From assembly GCA_012295275.1 (NCBI GenBank), contig CM022665.1:20274001-20338000 (forward strand): a stretch of DNA of 64,000 nucleotides, written 5' to 3'. How positions within the stretch are numbered: the first letter of the stretch is position 1; each line of letters starts with the position of its first letter. Shown here in pieces: positions 35,867 through 62,382 of this stretch. A program made the position numbers and the translations under genes. The notes under the pieces were generated by a model, which saw only the letters and a program-made list of their open reading frames with translations, ran no database searches and was not told the origin of the DNA. This DNA comes from Chrysomallon squamiferum. Taxonomy: Eukaryota; Animalia; Mollusca.

Positions 35867-37504
35867 TTTTTCTTCTGAAAATGTATTCTTCGTCTTTTTA
35901 TTTTATTTTATTTTATTTTATTTTATTTTATTTGTTTGTTGTTGTTTTTTTCTCTCTTTTCAGTGAAATTCATTTCTGTTAATATTTATCCAAGTTACAA
36001 AACTGACAGTGACACTGAGCTGCACATGTGCAGTGATCACTGAGGTGAATGTTCTACTATGGGGGGAGTCATTAGACTAAGAAATGTACGATTGTCGTTA
36101 AGAAACGTACAAAGGAGAACCTTGTCAGTTTTGTTTATTACTAAAAGAAGAAAAGCGTTTGACATATTTGTATTCAGTTAATAATAATAATAATAATAAT
36201 AACGACAAAGACAACGACGACGTTGATGATGAAAATGATGATGATGATGATGAGATAACAATAATAATTTTAAAAAAGAAAAGAACAAAGAAACTATAAA
36301 AAAATCATATAACATCTTTAGTTTCTGTTATTTATTTATTTATAGGTATTTAAGCTCTTTTTTCCTCCATATCTTTCCTTTTGACATTTTCATTTGACTT
36401 CTATTTTTTTTTTTTTTTTTGATAAAGTTCAAACTTTTGTAAAGTTGGAATAGTTTCTGTTTCTTTGTTTTAATTTCATTTGTTAGCTTTAAATTATGAA
36501 ATATTCCATATTACAAACAAATAAATAAACAGAATTTAGAAAGAAACATTTATAAACAATATGCTGTCTGTTTTCAAAGCACAATACAAACCGCAATGTG
36601 AATTCAACGAACAAATAGAAAGTAGATCAAGATTTGTTGCTTTTTTTTAATTATTATTATTTTATTTATTCGCGAATATCGGCCAATAATAAAAGCTAAC
36701 TGAACTTTTAACTGCTATGTACGACTGTCGAGTATCCGCCCATCTCTCAAATTAAATAACGGGTTTTCACGCAAAACATCAAACGATTTACTGACAAAAC
36801 CGTCTGCCGTCGCTGTCGCTTTATTCTTCTCTGTTCATGACGTCACTTTACAATAGAGGTAAAATAATTGGTTGACGTATGTTGTCACTAGCAACCAGGG
36901 TTACTGATTGCTTTTCGTCTTTTAATAGGTTCCATGACTTTTGATGTTTTTAATTCTATTTTTACTTCACAGGTCGCGCGTCTTTCTCTCCCCCCCCCCC
37001 GTCGAATCAAACGGGATGACGCGTGGCAAACGTGTCGTTCTGATTGGCTGAAATTCTCTCTCACCTGCCAGGTAGCCTCGAGTGTAGTTTTGTTAAAATG
37101 TGACAGGTGTTTTCAGTTTGTACTGTTATCTTCTGTCCCAGAGTAATTACACCTTTTTTTTTTCTTCTTCTTCTTCTTTTCTCTTTTTTCTTTCGTTCTT
37201 CTTCTTTCACCTTTTTTTTTTTATTTTTTTTTTTGAACGTCCGATTTACATGGCTTAGAAATACGGTATTTATGGTTTATGGAACGAAGCGTGGAAAAAA
37301 AAAAATAAAAACGTTTTTAACTAAAGTAAATAATAATAACAATTTAAAAAATAAAATAAAATAAAATAAATAATACAAAAATAATAATAATGTAACCGAA
37401 TAAAAATAAATGAAATATGTCATAAAGTATAACAATAGTAGTAATAATGACAATAGCAGAGGAATAATAATAGTAGTAGTAATAGTAGTAGTAGCAGTGG
37501 TTGT

Positions 37505-38139
37505 AGTAGTAGTAGTAGTAGTGACTGTAGCAGCAGTAATAATAATAGTAGTAGTAGCAGTAGTGACAGTAGCAGCAGCAGCAGTAATAATAATATAATA
37601 ATAATGATAATAATAATAATAATAATAGTAGTAGCAGTAATAGTAGTGACAGTAGCAGCAGTAATAATAATAATAGTAGTAATAATAGTAGTAGTGTTGT
37701 TCGTAGCAGCAGCAGTAGTAGTAGTAGTGGTCTTGATGATGCTCTAATGATATTAAAATAATAAAAATAATAAATAAATAAAAGTAAAAAATAAATAAAA
37801 TAAAATGCATTAATAAATAAACGAAACAAAACAAAATAAAATAAAATAAATAATAATTAAAAAAACCCAACGAAAAACCCAACAACAACAACATAACAAT
37901 AATAAAATAAAATAACATTCTACAAGGGTTTTTAAAACTGAATTAATTTAGCTATTATGTACAAAATAAGACAAGTTTCAAGATAACATGAAATATCTAT
38001 ATTCAGTGTCATTTCGTTTTTTAATTTTTTTTTCGAGTGAAGACAAGAATTGAAGTGAGACACACACACACACACACACACACATATATTAAATTTACTG
38101 TCACTTTCTTTTGTCTGCTATGTCTGCTAAATCGTTCAT
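37505..38139 (-). repeat. Right arm of long inverted duplication
   Basis: ORFs 33396-33839(+) and 37277-37918(-) translate to nearly the same peptide, confirming the inverted copy. Confidence 0.92.
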
Positions 38140-38571
38140 TTTGGCGCCAAAAATCGGCCATACATTAACTGAGTCAAAGCCGAAGAACATCAAAAATATT
38201 TTTATAATGACTAAACCAAATACTGAAATAGAAACATTATTACTAGTAATCAATACAAAAGGATCTTATTTTTAATAAGAATAATTGTTATTCTTATTAT
38301 AGCGTTTTTCTGAAATGGGTAATAGTAGACAGTTACAAATATATTTTTTGCAAACAGCAGGATTTAATAAATTATCAACATAATAAGATTATTATTATTA
38401 TTATTATTATATTATTATTATTATTATTATATGATTCTATTATTTATTTATTTATTTATTTATTTTGTTTTATTTTTCTCGACAATCGTAATCTCAAGCA
38501 ATTCGAAAAAAAAAAAAATAATAATAATAATAAATAAATAAAATATAAATAATAAAAAACGAATGTTAATG

Positions 38572-38629
<58 letters not shown>

Positions 38630-39232
38630 TTATTATTATCATCATCATCATCATTGTGCTAAATTAAATATGATTAAATTTAAAATCTGAAAGGAGATAA
38701 ATGTAAATTTATTACAAACCTAAAATAAAATTTCAAAAATCTTGTTTTTACGGTGTTGTGATCAGTCGGATAAAAAAAAAAAAAAAAAGAGAACGAAATC
38801 GTGAACACGCATCAATTTTAGTTGATGGGAAACAGAGCAGCTGCTTGAAGTCACGTGATCCAGATACGCGATCTTTGTGGTCTTCCAGAACCTTTTTTTC
38901 AAACACGATTTTATTATTATTATTTTATCATTATTTATTTATTTATTTATTAGTTTGTTTGTCTGTTTATTTGTCGTTTATTTATTTATTTATTTATTTA
39001 TTTCTTTGTTTGTTTGTTTGTTTGTTTATTTGTTTATTTATTTGTTTGCTTATTTGTTTTTAATTTAGTTAGTTACATTCCGTCCTCTTTGTTCCTGATT
39101 ATGGTTTCTAGATATATATTTTTTAAATTTATTTATTTACTGTTTTCTTTTCATTTGTATAATTAACTTAAAATACATACTCCAGTTCTCTGAGAACTTT
39201 TAAATATTGAAATACGATTTTATTTACATATT

Positions 39233-39289
<57 letters not shown>

Positions 39290-39689
39290 TTGTTCTAGTA
39301 TATTTAAAATGATGTCATTTACTGAAGCATTAAATTCTTTAAACATTATTTTTCAACCGTATGGTTTTTACGATATTAAATTACGCAGTGAAATAAAAGG
39401 AATTTCGTTCAGGTTTTTCACTGACTAAAACAGACCATCTGCTGTCACTAATTGCAAAATGGATGTAACATTATTCTCGCACCACTAGGGGTGAAGTCTG
39501 TGGGGGGAGAATCGCGAGTTTAACAAAGCCGTCGCGTTTTTAAATACATTTTCTACGTAATACACATCACTGATTATTTATTTCAAACATTCTGTCATGA
39601 ACTACGATTTCAGGACATTAACGCTTGCTGATTCCTTCAAATTTTAAAAATTATTTCTATTTCTGGGTTTGGAACCATGTGTAGGAATT

Positions 39690-39789
39690 TGGCGGGCACG
39701 CGCGCATTGTGTGGCAGACGACAAAAGGCAGGTGCGAGTCGCGTGCGTTCAGTGCGCGCGCCAGTGAAGAAAAATCGATAAACATTCAA
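39690..39789 (+). promoter_or_regulatory. CpG-rich putative core promoter/5' UTR of the Orange-domain gene
   Basis: GGCACGCG (HES class C-type site) at ~39695, CAGGTG at ~39729, Inr-like TTCAGT at 39748-39753, about 40 nt upstream of ATG 39790. Confidence 0.55.
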
Positions 39790-52245
<12,456 letters not shown>

Positions 52246-54854
52246 TGCGGGTTTCTTCTCTAAATTATTTATGGCTTTATGTGGTGCAATACTTCATTAT
52301 CATAATCAGAACACAGACACATCATATCACAAACCTGACATTATTATTTCCCTTCATGTCACTATCAAGTCAGACATATTTCATGTCACTATTAATTCAT
52401 ACACACTTCATGTCACCAACAAACCATATATTTAATGTCATAATGACATACATATTTAACGTCACTCTCAAATAATGCACATTTGAGGTCATTATCAAAT
52501 CATACACATTTCACACATACATCGTTAATCATTTATTAATACCACTTATATGTGTCATCAAACGATTACTATTATTACAGTTATGAAATAACACATGACT
52601 GACAGTAGAAAAATCACTTATTTATTCTGTTGTGTATTAAGTAGAGTTATCTCTATTAAACAGACTACTGCACGAAGAGAGAGACAGGGATAGGTATTTA
52701 TCAACATACGTATTATATACGGCAGTGTGCTACGTCCAAGCTATGCACAGACCTGTGCTATTTTTACTACACTGGGAACTGTGTGTATGAAATGTGCTGT
52801 GGCTAGTGTGTGCTGACAGCTAGCTTGTAGCTAGTAGGAATCGCATAAAATGTGCTATGTGTGACTTTTTTATTATATAAAAAAGTCCGCAAACGATCTG
52901 AGATCTTGAATTATCTTATTGCCATACGAATGTACGTTTTGCTGTTTTAATGACACCGGTTTTAAATTTGAGGATTAAAAAAAAAAAAAAAAAAAAACAA
53001 CAACAAACAATCCTTTGAAGTTGAACGTGTATCATACATAAAATACTTTTAATATCTGTATGTAAAGCATGAATAAACTTACAAAAAATAAACAAGTTTA
53101 TGTTGACAAAGACGTTACTAAACAACCTCTGTAACGTAGATTCATTTTAAACTCGTGTCTGAGCTGTATTTATTCTTGTTGCTATAGAAGCTGAGCGAGA
53201 AGTGACCCCTGGGATTGTTGTGTTTATTTTTGTATATATAATTTATTGTACTGCCTGTGGCATAAACCATTTTAACATTTGTTTTGTGTTTGCTTTAATA
53301 CTTATTATATTTATTGTTAGTATATCATCTTTATTTTTTCACTTTATTAAAAATTTGAAAAACAACCTTATAAGGACCAATGAGGTATTTTTAGTTATTT
53401 TCTGTTAAAATACCATTAGGCTATTTCCTGTTTCAACTCGCAGCTCATGAATGTTTATCAAAAGTAAGTGTTCTATACAAATTTAATGTTAAAAACAAAC
53501 AAACAAACAAAAAAAGGAAAGAAAAACAACACTGGCATTACTCTTATGTCGTCTCTGAATAGTACCTTTCACTCAGTCGAATATGGAAGAAATCGGCACA
53601 GTCAATCATTAAAATTAACAAGCTGACATCTGGAAATGTAGATTTCAATCATTATTTTCAGAAGAAAAAAAACAAACAATCTGCGCACGTAACGAAATGT
53701 ATTTTTCTCTTTATTTTGTCATACATAATGCATAATTTATAACATATTAAACAAAACCGAATATAATTGTGTTATGTTACAATCACAATATATATAGCAC
53801 TCTGGCTAAACGGTACAGAAACGTACATAACTTTCCGTGAAAAGAAACAAATAAAAATGATGTAAATATAAAATTAAATAGTAAAATAATATGTAAAAAA
53901 AAAAAAAAAAAAAAAGTTCTCAGAAATATGGAAACAGTGTGAAGAGCTGTACAAAATATAATTATCATGTTTAAATTGTATTTTAAAATTTATTATAATT
54001 TCGTTTAAAAATGCCCATAAAAGACTCGGATGGAAATCTAAACAATTCCAGCGCATGATGTCATTTATCAAATATACTCTTCCTTTTCTCAACAAAGTGT
54101 ACTAGTACTTGCTAGAAAGGAAATTACCTACAGATGTTAGTCAATAAAATGTGATTCTTCGAACTAACGTTCCACATGACATAGGTCTAACCACTGGACT
54201 AGCGTTCGCAGGTCGCCGAGGGTAAATCGTGTTATCAACAGCTGTTGTATACAGACACATTAGATAAATACTGTTTTCTCAACAAAACATTTCACTTCAC
54301 AGTTCAACGAACAAACTGTCCCACAAACTTAATTGTGAGAGTAGCTTATTGGTGTCTTGTGAAAAGAAGAATAGAAGCGATCGCGTTATTCGGTGAATGA
54401 AGAATTATAAGTCTTTCTTTCATAATGTATTTTACTTCCATTGTACATCTTCAGTCTTTCTATCAAAAAATATTTCTGCTTTCACTGACACATAGTCTTT
54501 AAGACATTATTTAAGCTGTTCCGAATGACGCCCGAGCTTTTGTTTTCTTCTTCTTAGTACAAACCACTTACCGAAATAGGTCAACAACTGAATATAATAA
54601 CTGTCCACTTTGGATGTTTCCATATGATCCATGTACTTAAATCCAGATTAATTTTAGTTACAAGTCTTTTAATCTGTTTATATAAAAGCCAGTATACACA
54701 GAACTGATTTTCTGTTTCACTGAAATATTTTAATCAATTTAATTTTAGTAAATTTTAAATGACTTAACTAAAAGATGCGACAGAAATTCTTTAGCTTCCA
54801 ATGTTTACATTTAAAAAGAATTCTGCGTTCGCAATTTAAAATGTCTTTTCGCGG

Positions 54855-54937
<83 letters not shown>

Positions 54938-55307
54938 ATACTACTACTACCATAGCTGTTACTACTGATACTATTCTACTACTAGAACTACAAGTGCTAC
55001 TACTACTCCACTGCTATTGCTGTCGTAGTTGTCGATTTGTCCACTTATTACGGATGTTCACGACAGAAATTATTTCATAGAACTGCGTACGTGGTGTCAA
55101 GTGTTGTGTAACAGAGAACAGATGACGCCTATCTAATTTTTTTCCCTTCGTTGTAACAGGTGTTGTATTTTTTTGTCAATATTTCTCTTCAGTCTTATTT
55201 GCGTCATGTTGCTAATAATGATAAACCGATTTATGACGGCACGTTCTGCGTTTTTCGTGTTTTTCAGTGAATCTTAAATAAGATAAGATAGGACGATGCT
55301 ATATTAC

Positions 55308-55355
<48 letters not shown>

Positions 55356-55965
55356 CATTATTATTATTTATTATTATTGTACCCATATTAAGTTATTTAT
55401 TATTAAGAAGTAAAGAAAACTACCTTACCTTTTAATTAAATGAAAAAAAAGGATAATAAATAAATAAATAAATAAATAAATAATGAAACAAATTTGTCTA
55501 TTCTAGTGTTTCCCAAACTGAGTTCTGCACGAGATATCAAAAGGTTCTCCCCCTTTGCAAACCCTGATCTATTCCAACAAGCAAAACACTCGTGATTTGT
55601 TTTATTTATTTATTTATTTATTTTTGTTATTTTCTGAAGGTGATGTTGCTGTTGCTGCTTATGTTGTTTGTGTTGTTATTATGATCATTATTTGTTATTA
55701 TTATTATTATTATTATTATCATTAAGTAATATCATCAGTAGTAGTAGTACTGTTGTTGTTGCTGCTGCTGCTGCTGTTGTTGCTGTTGTTTTTTCTTTGG
55801 TGGTGGAGTTATTAAGACTGTTTGTTGCTAGCAGTTATTTGTTAGTTTGAAAACAACTAATTTGGCTTGTTGCTGGAATTTTTAAATATAGAATCAAGAT
55901 ATACTCTGACACTGGTCTACGAGTCAAATATTTGAATGTAGTTGTGTATCTTTACTTTCTCTGTT

Positions 55966-56004
<39 letters not shown>

Positions 56005-56136
56005 TTCTTTCACCATATAATTTCTTTTTAATAATTTCTTTATATTTTTTCAATGTGAAACGTTATATCCGGGAGACGAATTCACTTTTAATATTTGCAG
56101 AATAACAACTTTTCACAAGATTCGATAAACTATTTT

Positions 56137-56179
<43 letters not shown>

Positions 56180-56599
56180 GAAAACATTATTCATAAATAA
56201 ACATCCCAGACGCGCGCGCTCACACACACACACACACACACAATCACACACACAAAAGAAAGTGTCGCGTTTCTTCAGGTTTAAATAAATGCCAGGTGTT
56301 CTCTTCTGTGAATGAATTCTACGTAATTCTGTTGTGTGATGTGCGTGCATGTTTGCTCACAAACACTCCTATATTTTGCGTCCACTGTCTTTGTGTCCGT
56401 CACGTCTCTTTTCATTGAAATAATAACGACGACAATAATATCTTTGTTCGTCCTTGTAACAACGTGCTTTTCTTATACTACTAATATTTAAAAAGAAATA
56501 AACTAAATTAAAAAATTAAAAATAAAAATAAGGAAAAAAGAGAAAATACCAACCAGGCTTTTTACTAAGTAATATGACATAAAAAAAAAGGTGTGTTAT

Positions 56600-56985
56600 C
56601 AATGAATGTAAATGTTGAAATTTTACAGTTACAATCTCTGTTACGATAGTGTTAGTATAATTAAGTACAGTTACAAACTAATATGATATAACTGTTATAT
56701 AATAATATGTCAGTTGTTAAATGTAAATGCTTAATTTTACAGTTACAAACATAATAATGTAGTGCTTTGTAATTATATGTATTCATTGTTGAAAATAAAT
56801 ATTGAAATTTTCGAGTTACATACTACGGTGATGTAAAACAGGGATTTCTATCATTCACTGTAAATGTTGAGATTTTAACAGTTACAAACTAAAGTAATGA
56901 AATGTTACGTTATAAAATGTCTCAGCTGTGAAATGTAAATGATGAAATGTCACAGTTACAAACTACGGTGATGCTGTGTTATGTT
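56600..56985. repeat. ~70-bp degenerate tandem repeat
   Basis: Repeated aatgtaaatgttgaaattttacagttacaaact. Confidence 0.7.
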
Positions 56986-57342
56986 AATAACAGAACGCTC
57001 GTACAGACATGTTATTAAAATGTCAATTCCTTACCGCGGTGTTCCGCCCACTTTGCCTGCAGGGATATCGTACCCATGGAGGCTGCGGTGGTTCTCACGC
57101 CAGCCACGCCCCTGTGTCACGTGTTAGTGCAGATTTTCTCACGGAATAATAGATCTGCTGTTTTCGAAAGAAGTGACGAGGATGTGTTGCGTCTGAGTTT
57201 TCGTATTGTAAAACAAAGAAGTTTTTCAGCTGAGAGTTAAATGTATAGGTAGTTTAAAAATACGTGTTCTAGTGTAAATATGCTGAGGGAGAGACAGAGA
57301 GAGAGAGACATAGAGAGAGAGAGAGGGAGGGCGGGAGGGTGA

Positions 57343-57441
<99 letters not shown>

Positions 57442-57813
57442 TTGTATGTGTGTGCCGGTCTGTACATAACTCTGTTTGTGCGTTTGTTTGCGTATTTCTC
57501 TGTTCATTTTATCTTCGAGGGAACATTTAAATTCATGTAAACTGTAAGTAGCTGAAAAATGGTATATTTGGCCAACAGGATTCCATTCTCTTAAGTTAAT
57601 TTCACAAATGAAATATTCGCAGTTGAAATAATGTATTTGTCCACTCTCAGTTATGATTCCATGGATGATCTCATGCGAAGGGAAACCAGCTAATTAAGTT
57701 TAAATTCTGTAGAAAGTTATAAAAGTGGAAAAGTTAATCATAATAATAATAATAATAATAATAATAGTAATAATAATAATAATGATAATGATAATAATAA
57801 TAACAACAACAAC

Positions 57814-57873
<60 letters not shown>

Positions 57874-58242
57874 CTGTTATTCCTTATACAGACTCACGTA
57901 AGAAGTATTATTTACAAAGACAACAATAAAAATACACACTTCTTACAGATTTTTATTAATTTTTGCACAACTGAAAGAACTAAAAAATGAGTTTGGTAGC
58001 GGAAAATCGCTATACTTTATCATCAGCATTTTGTACTGTGTAGGATTATTCATCCAGTTTTTTGTTGGGTTTATATTTTCCATCTTCTAAATTTTAATTT
58101 GCACCATTATTTCCTCTTTAGGCTTTTATGTTGTTGTTGTTGCTGCTGCTGCTGCTGCTGATGATGATGATGATGTTGTAGCTTCACAGTAATCTATCTG
58201 AGTAGACGGTGTTTAATTTCTATTTCTACATCCTGTTCACCT

Positions 58243-58428
58243 TCACATCCCTGTCTCCTTTTCGGCAGCGGCATTAACTTTCACACTCCTAGCCGATCCT
58301 CGCCTCAGTTTGAGCAGAAATATTGCGAAGACATCCCCAAACAGCTCGATAAACTCAAATAAAGTGACAACAGAGAGACCGAGATACAAACCCAACTGAC
58401 CTCCGATATCAGCCAGAAGATTGGAGAT
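58243..58428 (-). CDS. DEG/ENaC last exon (TM2 and short tail)
   Basis: ADIGGQLGLYLGLS; TGA stop; minus-strand AATAAA at ~57952-57957. Confidence 0.93.
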   Translation of the reverse strand: MSNLLADIGGQLGLYLGLSVVTLFEFIELFGDVFAIFLLKLRRGSARSVKVNAAAEKETGM

Positions 58429-58841
58429 CTGTGAAGAAACAAACAAACATCTCTCAGTTTTCTGAAATGTATTATAACACAACATCACACAGTATAAGGA
58501 GAATTTCAAAAATCTGATCTAGTCTAGGCCTGCAAAATGACTGATTTCATCCACGAAAAGAACGGATATCTAACGAAACATAGCATTGTGTTAAATAAAC
58601 ATCAATATCTTCCAGTAAAAGATGAATAATGAAAATTACTGACCAAAATATGACGCAAATAAGATGAAAATATTAATGCAATTGCAAATAACTGTTTCCT
58701 TCCTGTGCGTTCTACTTTTGGCCAACATGTTTTCATATTTCGGGTCACTTATCAACATCATCAACATTATTGTTATTATTACTGATATTATCATCATCAT
58801 CATCAAAAAAGTATTATATTTATTACTACTACTACTACTAC

Positions 58842-58883
<42 letters not shown>

Positions 58884-59358
58884 TGTTTCGTAGAGCAGAT
58901 AAAAATTATATAAAAACAGGATAACTGAAACTTTATAATCCAAGTCCAAGTGAATTACTTATTAGTTTTTACGTCAATAGTTGTTAGATAACAGATATAA
59001 GTATTTTTATTAATATGTCATATTTTGTTACTGCATTGTTTTTCACATTTCATACTTACCACATATGAAGGCTGCTGTGCGATTGTTTCAAAATTGAGTT
59101 TTCTGTAATATACCTCGACTTTCAGTACATTTTCTCTGAAATCAAACTTTTAATGTTATTTTATCATATTTGATAACGGGCTAGAACTATATATGTAAAT
59201 AAATGTAAGAATGCATATATGTGAGTGTGTAGTGTACAGGTATAGATATATTGTGTGTTTGTAAAATACCTGAAATTTTGAATACATACCAGTCAAATAT
59301 ATTATGTATAAATAGTAAACATCTCTTTCTCATTTTCCTTCTCCATCTTTCTCTTTCA

Positions 59359-59446
<88 letters not shown>

Positions 59447-61070
59447 TTCTCTCTCTGATAGTAGTATTTTTACCTAACAAACTGTTTCTTAGTTTCGCTG
59501 GTATAATTCTGGAAAGCTTTCCACAAACCCCAATCTTTCTTTGATATTTTCATGTAGACTTCTTCCTGAGAGAAACAAAACAAACATTACTTTATTTATT
59601 AAATTTTTAATGACTAATATATATACGTATGTACATACACATATACACACATATATGCATATACATATAAAACATTAAATTATATATATATATATATATA
59701 TAATTTCATTAAAAATATATGGATTTATTGTCATTATTGAGTTAGTTTTAAAGACATATCAGTGAACTGTTCCCAATCATATGGTTTTGATCCACTGAAA
59801 GAGAAGGCATAATTTTAAACAAAAAGAGTAATATTTGAAAATAGTCATTGGTTTATTATTATTGTTATTTCTTTTTTTTTACTCTTTCTCCTGTGGCTTT
59901 TCGGTTTACGGAATAAGCCTTTATTAAAAAGCGTTGTTTATTTGTATTTTTTATTTTATTTTATTTTATTTATTTAATACATTTTTAAATAATTTAATTT
60001 AATTTTCTTCATTTTCATTATTAAATAAAATAGAATAAACACAGACTCACTAGTAACGGGTTTGAAGGCCAAAGCGAGGAGGAAATTTCCGCGTTGTACA
60101 CAACTTCACTAGAAGTGAGAAATGTTTGTATACAGATTACACATTAATGAGTACATAATGTCTGTATGTGTGTGTGCGTGCGTGCGTGCGTGCGTGTGTG
60201 TGTGTGTGTGTATTAGTTTCTCTATAGTATTGTTTATATCTGTTTGGATTTCTGTTAACCTGTATACGTACGTAAGTATTTATGTCTGTAAATCTCTATG
60301 TGTGTGTTTGTGTATCTCTCTGTATGTATATGCGTAATGTATGGATATTCTCTGTCTTGTGATGTCTGATTGGAATCTGCACATAACAACATAAACGGGC
60401 AAAGTCCAATCACAAACGAGTCTGGAACATAGGCACGCATTCGCTCGCACTCCGAGAACGGAGGACGATACAACCCGCCCATCAAGTCAACAGTAACAAA
60501 ACTGCTGCTCAGTAACCGAGAGAAATCTTCACTTCCCAACAAGCACGCCGTTCTTTGTCTTTCGTCTTTTTTTTAATGAGAAACCTGGCACTGACAAGTA
60601 TGTATTTTAGAACTGAATATTTTCTCACTTGTGTACGTCTGATTAGACTATGTATGTATGGATGAATGGAGGATGGATGTTTTTGTATGTATGTATGTAT
60701 GTATGTATGTATGTATGTATGTATGTATGTATGTATGTATGTATGTATGTATGTATGTTTGTATTTATGTACGCAAACGAAAGAATCATTTTTTTATTTT
60801 TATTTATTTATTTATTTATTTTTTTAGGTATTTATTATCTTACTCGCAACTAGTTTTGCACTTTTCTGAACAGCCCAGATCATTGTTCGTGTACAGCGCA
60901 ATGACTTCCTCTATACATGTACCTGTAAACATATTTACAACAACAAAACTCAGACATTCAGCTTCCTGTTAGAACGATATGTAGCTACGTAGATGGACAG
61001 AGAGACAGACAGATAAACATACAGATAGATAAAAAGATACAGAGACAGAGAGATAGACACAGAGAGATAG

Positions 61071-61140
<70 letters not shown>

Positions 61141-61166
61141 AGACAGATAGATATGTAGAGTGAGTT

Positions 61167-61263
<97 letters not shown>

Positions 61264-61503
61264 CAGCAGATCGTTAGATACTTAAACTTACTCGTGTCTG
61301 GGTTTGACTCGTTGCAGGGTGCTACTTTACCTCCGATGCTGTCAATACTTTCTTTCAGCGCCCCCTGCGTGTTACACGGGTAATATGCGTAACAGCAGCG
61401 ACACTTGGAGATCACATTGTTCTGAAAACACGTCTTGAAACAAGCCTGGAAGTCACAGCAATACAGAAAAAACATCATCATCATCATCATGAACACCTTT
61501 TAC

Positions 61504-61566
<63 letters not shown>

Positions 61567-62338
61567 CATTTTTAAAATTTATTTTATAATAAACACGTGT
61601 GAGGTTGTTTTGTACGAAGTTTCTTATTCAGAATTTGACGTGTTTGATTTTACTTATTAACAATGGAGAAACCGATCAACTGCAGAATTAGTCTGAGTAC
61701 ACTGATTGTCTCAACCTCCACCCAACAGACCGTCGTGCGTACGTCCGTGTGTGCAGGAATGTTGCCTAAAAGAAACCTCGCTGTCACACTGACGACTGTA
61801 ACGTGTGACGACTGTAGGATTTTCTTTCTCAGACATCCACAGACGAGATAAATAAATATATCAAATTATTTTTTATTTCACATATACATTATGTATAATT
61901 CAGATGTAAAAAATAGATAGGTCTGTGTCAAGGTGATACTCTAGAGCAGAAACACGAATGTCCTATACGTACCCTGTCAGAATATCCTATCTGAAGACCC
62001 GGTTCGTTAGCCCACATGTTGACGTCACTGTTGTCGCTGTCGGAGTAAACTTTACAATTTCCATATGGAGGCGAGGCTCGTTTCAGATCGACCTGTAAAG
62101 TAATTTATTTACTGTATACCTCTCATTTAGTGAATAATGTTTACTGCATATCCTAATCATTATCATTTCATTTATCATTATCATCAGTAGTATTATCATA
62201 TTTACGCTTCTTCTTTTTTTTGTTATTATTATTAGTAGTAGTATTAGTATTAATATTATTATCATCATGATCATCATAATCATCATCATTATCGTTATTA
62301 TTATTGCTACTACTAGAAACAGTATTTTTATTAGTAAA

Positions 62339-62382
<44 letters not shown>

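Noticed and set aside
33034-37918. Long ORFs rich in Y/C/L/V/I runs
   Set aside because: Translations of TAC/TAT/TGC microsatellites within the inverted repeat; no protein-like content.
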